Shown: piece after piece, positions 9,777 through 16,656 of the stretch
Layout: the number at the start of each line of letters is the position of its first letter
Numbering within the stretch: the stretch's first letter is position 1
Assembly (NCBI GenBank): GCA_016782605.1
Contig: JADHYE010000001.1
Span: 11,128 to 75,127 of the forward strand
Direction of reading: 5' to 3'
DNA from: Minisyncoccota bacterium
Lineage (GTDB): Bacteria > Patescibacteriota > Minisyncoccia > Minisyncoccales > RBG-13-42-11
Length of the DNA stretch: 64,000 bases
Position numbers and translations under genes: made by a program
Notes under the pieces: generated by a model
What the model was told of the DNA's origin: nothing
The model's database searches: none
Seen by the model: the letters and a program-made list of their open reading frames with translations, nothing else

Positions 9777-10084
9777 ATGTTTTGCTTAATTATTATTTGA
9801 TGCCAGTCCTCGTAGCAATATATTCCCTGGAACATCCAACCGACGAGAAAACCGGCAGAAAGGGTAAAAAACAAAGGCGAAAATCGATATTTCTTTCTTA
9901 AAAAAAATATAAGAAAGCACAATAAAGTCATTGAAATCAGCCAGTGATGCAAATGAATATGCCATCCCCACACATTAAAAGCCAAACTAAACAAGCCGAT
10001 ATCTCCTGTTTTTTCTCCGGCTAAAAACTTGCCAGTAAAATATCCAGCTGATGAACCTGTAAAAAATCCTAATAAAGTTCCCAT
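9773..10084 (-). CDS. small hypothetical membrane protein
   Basis: 103 aa, hydrophobic. Overlaps the adaptor gene start by 4 nt. Confidence 0.4.
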   Translation of the reverse strand: MGTLLGFFTGSSAGYFTGKFLAGEKTGDIGLFSLAFNVWGWHIHLHHWLISMTLLCFLIFFLRKKYRFSPLFFTLSAGFLVGWMFQGIYCYEDWHQIIIKQNI

Positions 10085-10091
10085 ATTTTTG

Positions 10092-10163
10092 CGGGGGCGC
10101 CAGGATTCGAACCTAGAACAGAAATTTTGGAGATTCCCATGATAGCCATTTCACCACGCCCCC
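10092..10163 (-). tRNA. trnW: tRNA-Trp (anticodon CCA)
   Basis: 72 nt, hand-folded. Acceptor GGGGGCG/CGCCCCC, anticodon loop CTCCAAA, T-loop TTCGAAT. No encoded CCA. Confidence 0.85.
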
Positions 10164-10167
10164 GTAT

Positions 10168-10500
10168 TTACATATTTCGTCTTGCGCAAAAAGCGTACTG
10201 CAAGAAATAATCATCAAGGTCTTTAAGCGAACTATTGTATTCTTTGCCACCGGTAACAGCATCGCAAAATAATTCTTTTACTCTGGCAATTTCCCTAATT
10301 CTTCCACTCAATCTTGGATCTATAAGAGTCAAATCAAACAACTCCAAAGCCCTGGCAACTGCTCCCCAAAAAGTATCTTCATCTTCCCCCTGCCATTTTC
10401 TAGCCCTGCTAACCTCACTACCGATATTAGCCATTTGCTCAATTAATGAAAGCTTGAACCATCTCCCCGATGAAAGGTCTTTGTGCAAGGTTTTTGTCAT
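10168..10500 (-). CDS. hypothetical helical protein
   Basis: 110-aa ORF. Overlaps the upstream ORF by 4 nt (ATGA-type coupling). Family not recognised with certainty. Confidence 0.4.
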   Translation of the reverse strand: MTKTLHKDLSSGRWFKLSLIEQMANIGSEVSRARKWQGEDEDTFWGAVARALELFDLTLIDPRLSGRIREIARVKELFCDAVTGGKEYNSSLKDLDDYFLQYAFCARRNM

Positions 10501-10847
10501 TGTGAAATTAATTTCTCTACGATATTTCTAATTTTATTCTGGATTTCTGGATTATCAACACTACGAGAACGATTGCCGAATGACGGTTTCAGATTAATAA
10601 CCGAATCGAATTCTATCATTTCTTCTTTATTTTTTCCCGGATATATATTTATCCCCCATGTGCTTTCGCGCCTTGATGTTTCCTTTTCCATTAATATTGC
10701 TTCTTCGTCAGCATGCATTTCTCCGCCCACGGCCATTATCCCCTGATCAATATCAACAACCGCTTTTATCAAATCGCCAAACTGCTCTTTTGCCATGTCA
10801 ATAAGCTCTTTTTTACTTATTGGATCTTTAATAATTTTTATCTCCAT
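10497..10847 (-). CDS. hypothetical protein (resembles the DUF5674-type family, from memory)
   Basis: ORF 10497-10877. The likely start is MEIKIIKDPISKKEL... at 10847. Contains conserved-looking MAVGGEMHADEE and GNRSRSV segments. Confidence 0.45.
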   Translation of the reverse strand: MEIKIIKDPISKKELIDMAKEQFGDLIKAVVDIDQGIMAVGGEMHADEEAILMEKETSRRESTWGINIYPGKNKEEMIEFDSVINLKPSFGNRSRSVDNPEIQNKIRNIVEKLISQ

Positions 10848-10942
10848 ATTGCTTATTTGCTTGCCGAGCTGCAGCAAGATAGAAGAAGAGATTTATCTCT
10901 TCGCTTCTTTGTGAAAACTAACTAAAAAGCACTTATATGAAT

Positions 10943-10970
10943 ATTATATCTAAAAAATAGATTATTACAA
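10943..10970 (-). promoter_or_regulatory. sigma70-like promoter TTGTAA-N16-TATAAT
   Basis: -35 at 10970-10965 and -10 at 10948-10943 on the minus strand, upstream of the 10847/10500 gene pair. Confidence 0.5.
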
Positions 10971-11107
10971 GCAATTTTTCTGTATTAATGTTTATTTAAT
11001 AAACACTAAAAAACCGTCTTCTTGAGAAAACGGCCGAAATCGGCTCCCCTGGTTGGACGATGCCTGTCCTGAGTCGCATCGAAGGGTTAGAACCTGGTTA
11101 AGAACTG

Positions 11108-11287
11108 CTAATTGGTCTTTTTAATTTTTTTTCTCATGGCTAATAAACCAATAGTAATAAATAATACTCCTGTCAATATCCATAATAGTGATGCAACTCC
11201 CGACATAACAGCTGCTCCAATAACAATCCAAATAACTCCGATAGCTATGTGAATTTGAAAAGGAAATTCTCTTTTTTGTTTTTCCAT
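11108..11287 (-). CDS. small hypothetical membrane protein (59 aa)
   Basis: Hand translation gives MEKQKREFPFQIHIAIGVIWIVIGAAVMSGVASLLWILTGVLFITIGLLAMRKKIKKTN*. Two hydrophobic helices. Below the ORF-track size cutoff. Confidence 0.3.
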   Translation of the reverse strand: MEKQKREFPFQIHIAIGVIWIVIGAAVMSGVASLLWILTGVLFITIGLLAMRKKIKKTN

Positions 11288-11380
11288 ATGTTTAAAAATT
11301 AATTATTTATTCCTTTTTCAATTCTACCAAAAAACCGCCCAAAACAATAGACGGAATAGCTACATCTCCATTGTTCGATT

Positions 11381-11920
11381 CTATTTTGTAAAAGGTAAAT
11401 TTGTTATTATTCTTGTAATCGCTGGGTGTTGGCTACAAAGTCTATATTGAAGTAATTTTATCACTATAAAAAAATCTTCTATTTCTGAAGTTAGTTTTTC
11501 TGGCCCAGTAAATATTTCTTTCGCCTCTTCAAGTGTGTGTTTAAAATACTCGCCAAGTTTTTCAGTATTAACCTTATTCTTTAAATAAGCTATGATTTTT
11601 TTAAACTCTCCATCATCGAGCCAAATCCCTTTACATTTGTTACAAAAATCTACTCTAACATCAGAACCTCCATAATGAACCTCATATAAATTCACTTTAC
11701 ACGTGGGGCAGATTTTTGAGGAATGAGAAGGTTGAAATTTCTCACTGTCTTTCCAAAGGTCAATATCTAACCATTTTAAAAATTGGTCTTCTTCATCTTT
11801 TGCTTTTCTTAACTCATCCTGATTAAACCAAATTCCTTTACATTGACTACACCTCTCTATTTGGTTTTTATTAAAAGTGATTTTTTCTAACGTTTCTTGT
11901 TTACAATTTGGACAATTCAT
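11381..11920 (-). CDS. zinc-ribbon protein (two CxxC...CxxC modules)
   Basis: 179 aa with CPNC...CSQC and CPTC...CNKC followed by GIWF/GIWL motifs (TFIIB-type zinc ribbon). Confidence 0.6.
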   Translation of the reverse strand: MNCPNCKQETLEKITFNKNQIERCSQCKGIWFNQDELRKAKDEEDQFLKWLDIDLWKDSEKFQPSHSSKICPTCKVNLYEVHYGGSDVRVDFCNKCKGIWLDDGEFKKIIAYLKNKVNTEKLGEYFKHTLEEAKEIFTGPEKLTSEIEDFFIVIKLLQYRLCSQHPAITRIITNLPFTK

Positions 11921-12037
11921 ATAATTATATTTTTAAAAAAATAATCTTTTAATCAGTATACCAAAAAACCGCCACCGCCGAAAGGCGGATTGGCGATTTT
12001 TATCGTGGCTTGCCCTGAGCGAGCGAAGCGAGTCGAA

Positions 12038-12065
12038 TGGGCTCCGGAGGTAGGATTCGAACCTC
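12038..12065 (-). other. orphan tRNA 3'-end fragment (T-loop, acceptor strand and encoded CCA)
   Basis: Minus strand reads GAGGTTCGAATCCTACCTCCGGAGCCCA. No matching 5' acceptor strand, D-arm or anticodon arm lies upstream. Confidence 0.45.
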
Positions 12066-12111
12066 TATTATTTTATGTTTATTATTTCCTCAAGCTCAAG
12101 ACAAAAAGCGC

Positions 12112-12276
12112 CTAACGCTTCCCTTCTTTGTGCAAGGTATGCTTTCTGCACCATTTGCAGAATTTCTTAAAACCCAACTTCTTCTCAACAGCTTCCTTTG
12201 ATTTCTTAGTAAAGTAATTAACCCTTTTGCATTCCTGGCATTGAAGTTTAGTAAATGGTCTTTTTTTAGCTGCCAT
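12112..12276 (-). CDS. rpmG: 50S ribosomal protein L33
   Basis: Hand translation gives MAAKKRPFTKLQCQECKRVNYFTKKSKEAVEKKLGFKKFCKWCRKHTLHKEGKR* (54 aa, CxxC...CxxC). Below the ORF-track cutoff. Confidence 0.85.
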   Translation of the reverse strand: MAAKKRPFTKLQCQECKRVNYFTKKSKEAVEKKLGFKKFCKWCRKHTLHKEGKR

Positions 12277-12348
12277 ATGTTTTTATTGTTATTATTTGAT
12301 AAGGCGATGAAGATAAATCTTCATCTTCTCTCTTCTTTGCGACTCGAG

Positions 12349-12421
12349 AGCCTGAGGCCGGGATTGAACCGGCGGCCTCGTCTTTACCAAAGACGTGCTC
12401 TACCAACTGAGCTACCCAGGC
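12349..12421 (-). tRNA. trnT: tRNA-Thr (anticodon GGT)
   Basis: 73 nt. Acceptor GCCTGGG/CTCAGGC, anticodon arm CGTCT-TTGGTAA-AGACG, T-loop TTCAATC. Confidence 0.85.
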
Positions 12422-12433
12422 AAAAAATAACAG

Positions 12434-12518
12434 TGGGTGTGGTCGGAGTCGAACCGACGGGATCTAATAAGACAGCGGTTTTACAGACCGTTCCCGCCCC
12501 CTACGGGACTACACACCC
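12434..12518 (-). tRNA. trnY: tRNA-Tyr (anticodon GTA), long variable arm
   Basis: 85 nt. Acceptor GGGTGTG/CACACCC, anticodon loop CTGTAAA, T-loop TTCGACT. Confidence 0.8.
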
Positions 12519-12690
12519 TTTTCAGATAATAATCTTTTTGCTCTTTTTAAGTGCTTTGTATTGCCAAATCCGATTTCGTTTATATACCGATGTAAATCTA
12601 ATTAATATATAATTCTATCAATTCATCCTGTTTTTTCTGTTCTTCTTCAATTGTCCATCGTCGAGCCATTATTTAATTTTACTATAAAAA

Positions 12691-13347
12691 TTATAATTTT
12701 CCAATTGATTTGCCGTATTTTCTCCTCCAGGCTTCTATCATTTTGTGATTACCCGAAACCAAAACTTTAGGTACCCGCCATTTCTGGAAAACTTCAGGCC
12801 TGGTGTATTGCGGATATTCCATAAATCCCTTTTCCTTAGTTATCCTTTCTTTCAATAAAGCAGGTTTGCCCAAAACTCCAGGTATTAACCTTGTTATGGT
12901 TTCCATAACTATCATTCCAGGCAACTCCCCTCCCATCAAGTCGTAGTCGCCAACTGACAACTCCATATCAGCAATGTGTTTGGCTACTCTTTCATCAACC
13001 CCTTCATACCGGCCGCAAATCATAATTATCTGGTTTAATTTTGACAACTGATAAGCTGTTTTCTGATTGAATTTCTTTCCCCGGGGAGTAAATAATATGA
13101 CTTTTGTTTTGCCTTTGCCTTTTATCTTTCTAACAGCTTTATATATGGACTCTACCTTCAAAACCATACCCAGCCCTCCGCCAAAAGGCCTATCATCAAC
13201 TGTTTTGCGCTGATCTTTGGCCCAGTCCCTCAAATTATGGACATTTATCTTAATCAATTTCTTTTCCCTGGCTTTCTTAATAAAAGACTCCTTCAGATAA
13301 GAATCGAATATTTGGGGAAAGATTGTAATAATATCAAATTTAAGCAT
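12691..13347 (-). CDS. trmD: tRNA (guanine37-N1)-methyltransferase
   Basis: 218 aa, TrmD-like throughout (MLKFDIITIFPQIF..., GGELPGM). Confidence 0.9.
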   Translation of the reverse strand: MLKFDIITIFPQIFDSYLKESFIKKAREKKLIKINVHNLRDWAKDQRKTVDDRPFGGGLGMVLKVESIYKAVRKIKGKGKTKVILFTPRGKKFNQKTAYQLSKLNQIIMICGRYEGVDERVAKHIADMELSVGDYDLMGGELPGMIVMETITRLIPGVLGKPALLKERITKEKGFMEYPQYTRPEVFQKWRVPKVLVSGNHKMIEAWRRKYGKSIGKL

Positions 13348-13348
13348 A

Positions 13349-13480
13349 CCCTGTATATCAACATCCAGGCATTTTCAATGCGAAAACACCCTGAAGATTG
13401 TCTTTATTTAATAATATATTTAACATAATAACTTTGTTTGAGATTTTAATACGAAGTATTCTGGATGTTGTATTACGGGG
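13349..13480 (-). mobile_element. family A element, copy A2
   Basis: 132 bp, flanked by cata at 13345-13348 and 13481-13484. 13347-13345 is the trmD ATG. Confidence 0.7.
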
Positions 13481-13544
13481 CATAAAAACAAAAACGGCCT
13501 ATTTTGAACAATAGCACCGTTTTTGCACTCTGTAAACTTAGAGT

Positions 13545-13856
13545 TTACAGTTTTAAATCTTCAATAGATTCAGACTTCCTTTCTCTCGTTGGCCTGCCGC
13601 CTTCTGGCTCTTCGATCTTCAAATTCACTCTTGCGTGATTTTTAAGACCGACAATTCTTACCAGATTTCTGATAGATCTGGCGGTAGAACCTTCTTTGCC
13701 GATAATCTGGCCCATGTCTTCAGGGTTCACTTTCAAAGAAAGCAGAACTCCCATCTCGTCAACCGTACGGTCAACTTTAACATCTCCAGGATTGTCGACT
13801 AAAGCTTTAATGAGATATTCAAGGAATTCTTTATCGTTTCCTTTTGTATCAGCCAT
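13545..13856 (-). CDS. KH-domain RNA-binding protein (KhpA/YlqC-like)
   Basis: 103 aa with a GxxG motif (IIGKEGSTARSIRNL). Conserved position between rpsP and trmD. Confidence 0.8.
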   Translation of the reverse strand: MADTKGNDKEFLEYLIKALVDNPGDVKVDRTVDEMGVLLSLKVNPEDMGQIIGKEGSTARSIRNLVRIVGLKNHARVNLKIEEPEGGRPTRERKSESIEDLKL

Positions 13857-13947
13857 AGTTCTTTCTGAGTTTTAGTAATTACTGATATTTATTCGTTTCT
13901 AGTAGCGCCGACCTTTCAATAAATCTGAAATGTAGCTACTGATTAGT

Positions 13948-13975
13948 ATTATATTCATTTGAACCATTTTGTCAA
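13948..13975 (-). promoter_or_regulatory. sigma70-like promoter TTGACA-N16-TATAAT
   Basis: -35 at 13975-13970 and -10 at 13953-13948 on the minus strand, upstream of the KH-domain gene. Confidence 0.6.
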
Positions 13976-13981
13976 GAAAAC

Positions 13982-14440
13982 TCATTTTTCAACTTCTTTT
14001 TTCTCTTTAACCTTCTCTTCTTTTTTCTCTTCGGCAGGTTCAGTTTTAATTTCTTCAACAGCCGCTTCAGCCGGCGCTACAACTTCAGCTTGTTTAGGCG
14101 AAGCCTCAACAGGTTTCTCAACAGGTTTCTCTTCGTGCCTCTCCGGCACATCCGCCGGAGAGGCGGACTTTTTTGATTTTTTATGCAAAGCAATCTTTTT
14201 CCCTTCAATGATTTTCTGAGAAATCAGCATATTATGGATGGTTTCAGAAGGATGGGCGCCGACTGAAATCCAGTATTTTATCCTTTCTGCCTTTAATTTC
14301 TTCTCTTTTGTCAAAGGATTATAAAAACCGACTTCTTCAATATATCTTCCTGAAGTCGAAGATTTCTCTTTTTCGACCACCACTATCTTGAATGATGGCT
14401 GATTCTTTTTTCCTGTTCTTAATAATCTAATAACTAACAT
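13982..14440 (-). CDS. rpsP: 30S ribosomal protein S16 with a Lys/Glu/Pro-rich C-terminal extension
   Basis: N-terminus MLVIRLLRTGKKNQPSFKIVV... is canonical S16. About 70 extra low-complexity residues follow. Confidence 0.9.
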   Translation of the reverse strand: MLVIRLLRTGKKNQPSFKIVVVEKEKSSTSGRYIEEVGFYNPLTKEKKLKAERIKYWISVGAHPSETIHNMLISQKIIEGKKIALHKKSKKSASPADVPERHEEKPVEKPVEASPKQAEVVAPAEAAVEEIKTEPAEEKKEEKVKEKKEVEK

Positions 14441-14447
14441 ATATATA

Positions 14448-15137
14448 TTACCAATGTTTGACTGCTAAAGCGTTTTTCGCTGCCTCAACTTCTGCTTCTT
14501 GTTTTGAAGATCCTTTGCCTTCGGCCACTAAATCCTTATCAAGGAAAACGCCGATAACGAAATTCTTTGCGTGATCCGGCCCGTGTTCTTTCAAAACTTT
14601 ATAGGTCGGAGTAATGCCCACTCTTTCTTGGGCTGCTTCCTGGAAAGTGGATTTAGCATCCCTGAAAAGACCTTTCTCAATGATTTCCGGCAATTTAACG
14701 ATTAAATTCTTTTTAATGAATTTTTCGCATGCTTTATAGCCTGAATCAAGGTAAGCTGAACCGATAAACGCTTCAAAAGTGTTGGCCAGGATATAATCCC
14801 TTGATTTGCCTGTTTCTTTCATTTCTCCTTTTGAAAGAAGCAAAAAATCATTAAAGCCCAATTCCTTAGCAACCTCAGCAAGCATTTTAGCATTAACCAG
14901 AGAAGCGCGCCAGTTGGTCAATTCGCCTTCCGGCTTTTTGGGATATTTGACAAAAAGGTGTTCGGTAATAATAAGTTCCAAAACCGCATCTCCCAAAAAT
15001 TCCAGTCTTTCATTGTTATCCAGATTGGCTTTCGGATTCTCGTTCAGATAGGAGCGATGGCAAAAAGCCTGAATCAATAAATCCTTGTTTTTGAATTTAA
15101 AATTTAATTGCTTTTCCAATATTGAAAAATCATTCAT
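14448..15137 (-). CDS. rnc: ribonuclease III
   Basis: Signature NERLEFLGDAVLE and a C-terminal dsRBD (..GSSKQEAEVEAAKNAL). Confidence 0.9.
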   Translation of the reverse strand: MNDFSILEKQLNFKFKNKDLLIQAFCHRSYLNENPKANLDNNERLEFLGDAVLELIITEHLFVKYPKKPEGELTNWRASLVNAKMLAEVAKELGFNDFLLLSKGEMKETGKSRDYILANTFEAFIGSAYLDSGYKACEKFIKKNLIVKLPEIIEKGLFRDAKSTFQEAAQERVGITPTYKVLKEHGPDHAKNFVIGVFLDKDLVAEGKGSSKQEAEVEAAKNALAVKHW

Positions 15138-15267
15138 ATACCGAGTCCGCCCAAGGCGGGCGAAGGTGAAGAAGAGGTTTACCTCTTCGACTTACTTTTC
15201 TAATACCGAGTCCGCCCAAGGCGGGCGAAGGTGAAGAAGAGGTTTACCTCTTCGACTTACTTTTCTA
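15138..15267 (-). repeat. perfect 65-bp tandem duplication (2 units) of a two-hairpin intergenic module that includes the nusB stop codon
   Basis: 15138-15202 and 15203-15267 are identical by eye. Each unit contains GTCCGCC-caa-GGCGGGC and GAAGAGG-ttta-CCTCTTC hairpins plus ..cttacttttcta (the last nusB codons). Confidence 0.8.
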
Positions 15268-15676
15268 ATTCTTTATAAACGGTCCCCAAAACGCCATTGA
15301 TAAACCTGCCAGAACTCTCTCCGCCAAAAGATTTAGCCAGCTCAATGGCTTCGTTAATAGCCACTTTTGGAGGAACCTCTTCTTTATTAGAATACAGTAA
15401 TTCAAAAAGTCCCATCCTCAGAATATTCCTGTCAACAACCGTTATCTGGCTTATCGGCCATTCAGGGGCTGCCTGTTCAATAATCTTATCCAGCTTTGAA
15501 AGGTGCTTAACTACTCCGGTAATTATCTGCCAGACCAGGCTTAAGTCCTCCAAACCAGGACCGAACTCTTTGATGTTCTTTTCAACTATCTTTTCCAAAT
15601 CATTTTTCCTGCCGCTAAAATCCCACTCGTAAAGAGACTGCATAGCAATACTTCTTGATAAATGACGACTAGCCAT
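15257..15676 (-). CDS. nusB: transcription antitermination factor NusB
   Basis: 139 aa, NusB-like ([14 protein letters not shown]..., [13 protein letters not shown]). Confidence 0.85.
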   Translation of the reverse strand: MASRHLSRSIAMQSLYEWDFSGRKNDLEKIVEKNIKEFGPGLEDLSLVWQIITGVVKHLSKLDKIIEQAAPEWPISQITVVDRNILRMGLFELLYSNKEEVPPKVAINEAIELAKSFGGESSGRFINGVLGTVYKELEK

Positions 15677-15693
15677 AATAAAATAACAATTAA

Positions 15694-15978
15694 CTATTTT
15701 TTGCTGAGACCTTCCCAGCTCAAAGGTTTTTTAGCTGAAGCTTTTTCATCCTTACCCTCAATCTCCTTTTCTTTCTTTTTTCTTGCTTTTCGGTCCAGCT
15801 TCTTTAAAACGTCAATCACTTCAACTCCCTTGTAATATCCGCAATTCAAACAAACAACGTGGGGCAAAACAGGTTTGCCGCATTTTACACACTTAGTTAA
15901 AACAGGCGCCTTTATGTGAATATGCATGCGGCGCTTGTTTCTTCTTGATTTGGTGTGTTTTTGTTTTGGAACAGCCAT
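15694..15978 (-). CDS. rpmF: 50S ribosomal protein L32 with a Lys-rich C-terminal extension
   Basis: [17 protein letters not shown]... and a zinc ribbon CVKCG...CLNCG. Confidence 0.8.
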   Translation of the reverse strand: MAVPKQKHTKSRRNKRRMHIHIKAPVLTKCVKCGKPVLPHVVCLNCGYYKGVEVIDVLKKLDRKARKKKEKEIEGKDEKASAKKPLSWEGLSKK

Positions 15979-15999
15979 ATCAATAAATATATTAACACA

Positions 16000-16626
16000 T
16001 CAATTAAATTTCTGCAATGGTTTAAAGGACATTCTGTGTATTTTACAGGGCCCGTGCTTTTTCAGTTGAATCTTGTGAAGCTTAGTGGGATATCCTTTGT
16101 GCTTATTAAAGCCGTACTTAGGATATTTTTTATCGTACCTGTCCATTATCCTGTCACGCGCCACTTTAGCAATAATTGAGGCGGCAGCGCAGGAAAACAC
16201 TTTATCGTCAGCTCCGACAATCAGCTTGTGATTAAAAGATTTCAGTTTATCAGAATTCAAATGGTTGCCGTCAACTAACAAAAAATCTGGTTTGAACTTC
16301 AAGCTCTTCAAGCTTTTCTCCATAGCCAGTTCAGCAGCGTTTTTAATATTAATTCTGTCAATCATACTTTCAGAAACCCTGCCTATCCCCCACCTGATAT
16401 TTTTATTCTTAGTCAAAAGCTTAAACAGTTTTTCTCTATTTTTAGAAGAAAGCTTTTTTGAATCTTTTACTTCCTGGAAAAGTTTTGAATCCAATGTCCT
16501 AACTAAAACTGCAGCTGCGGTCACGGGTCCTGCCAGAGGACCACGGCCTGCTTCGTCCAAGCCAACCACAAACTTAAAGCCCTTTTTACGTAATCTTCTC
16601 TCTTCTTGAAAAAATCCTTGTTTCAT
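16000..16626 (-). CDS. rnhB: ribonuclease HII
   Basis: GLDEAGRGPLAGPV motif. Start moved to Met-39 of the track ORF (16626), because the upstream part overlaps dnaE. Confidence 0.85.
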   Translation of the reverse strand: MKQGFFQEERRLRKKGFKFVVGLDEAGRGPLAGPVTAAAVLVRTLDSKLFQEVKDSKKLSSKNREKLFKLLTKNKNIRWGIGRVSESMIDRINIKNAAELAMEKSLKSLKFKPDFLLVDGNHLNSDKLKSFNHKLIVGADDKVFSCAAASIIAKVARDRIMDRYDKKYPKYGFNKHKGYPTKLHKIQLKKHGPCKIHRMSFKPLQKFN

Positions 16627-16656
16627 AATATACTTAGATAATACTAACACAAAGTC

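Noticed and set aside
12010-12040. Hammerhead-like string CCTGAGCGAGCGAAGCGAGTCGAATGGG (and CCTGAGTCGCATCGAAGGG at 11066-11085).
   Set aside because: It does not fit the CUGANGA ... GAAA core in spacing or sequence. No stems I or III can be drawn.
11950-12070. tmRNA, possibly permuted, suggested by the T-loop, CCA and a nearby TTCGAC.
   Set aside because: There is no 5' acceptor strand GGGG..., no tag reading frame and no pseudoknot series. Only the 3' tRNA-like end is present.
12241-12612. 123-aa plus-strand ORF from the track.
   Set aside because: It lies antisense to rpmG and runs straight through tRNA-Thr and tRNA-Tyr, so it is spurious.
12598-12669. 23-codon ORF MARRWTIEEEQKKQDELIELYIN* upstream of trmD, possibly a remnant of a small HTH protein.
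   Set aside because: It is too short and ends abruptly. The continuation in another frame is not convincing. It may be a decayed gene, but I cannot support it.
13349-13484. The 41-codon ORF inside family A (MPRNTTSRILRIK...) as a real protein-coding gene.
   Set aside because: The differences between copies include as many replacement as silent changes. The A1 frame is broken. A3 encodes an unrelated peptide in the same frame. Only the openness of the frame seems kept, not the peptide.
13484-13526. Hairpin plus T-run between the KH-domain gene and element A2 as a true terminator that would isolate trmD.
   Set aside because: The stem is imperfect (2x1 internal loop and a wobble pair), and I could not find a convincing promoter inside A2. 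It is left unresolved rather than annotated.
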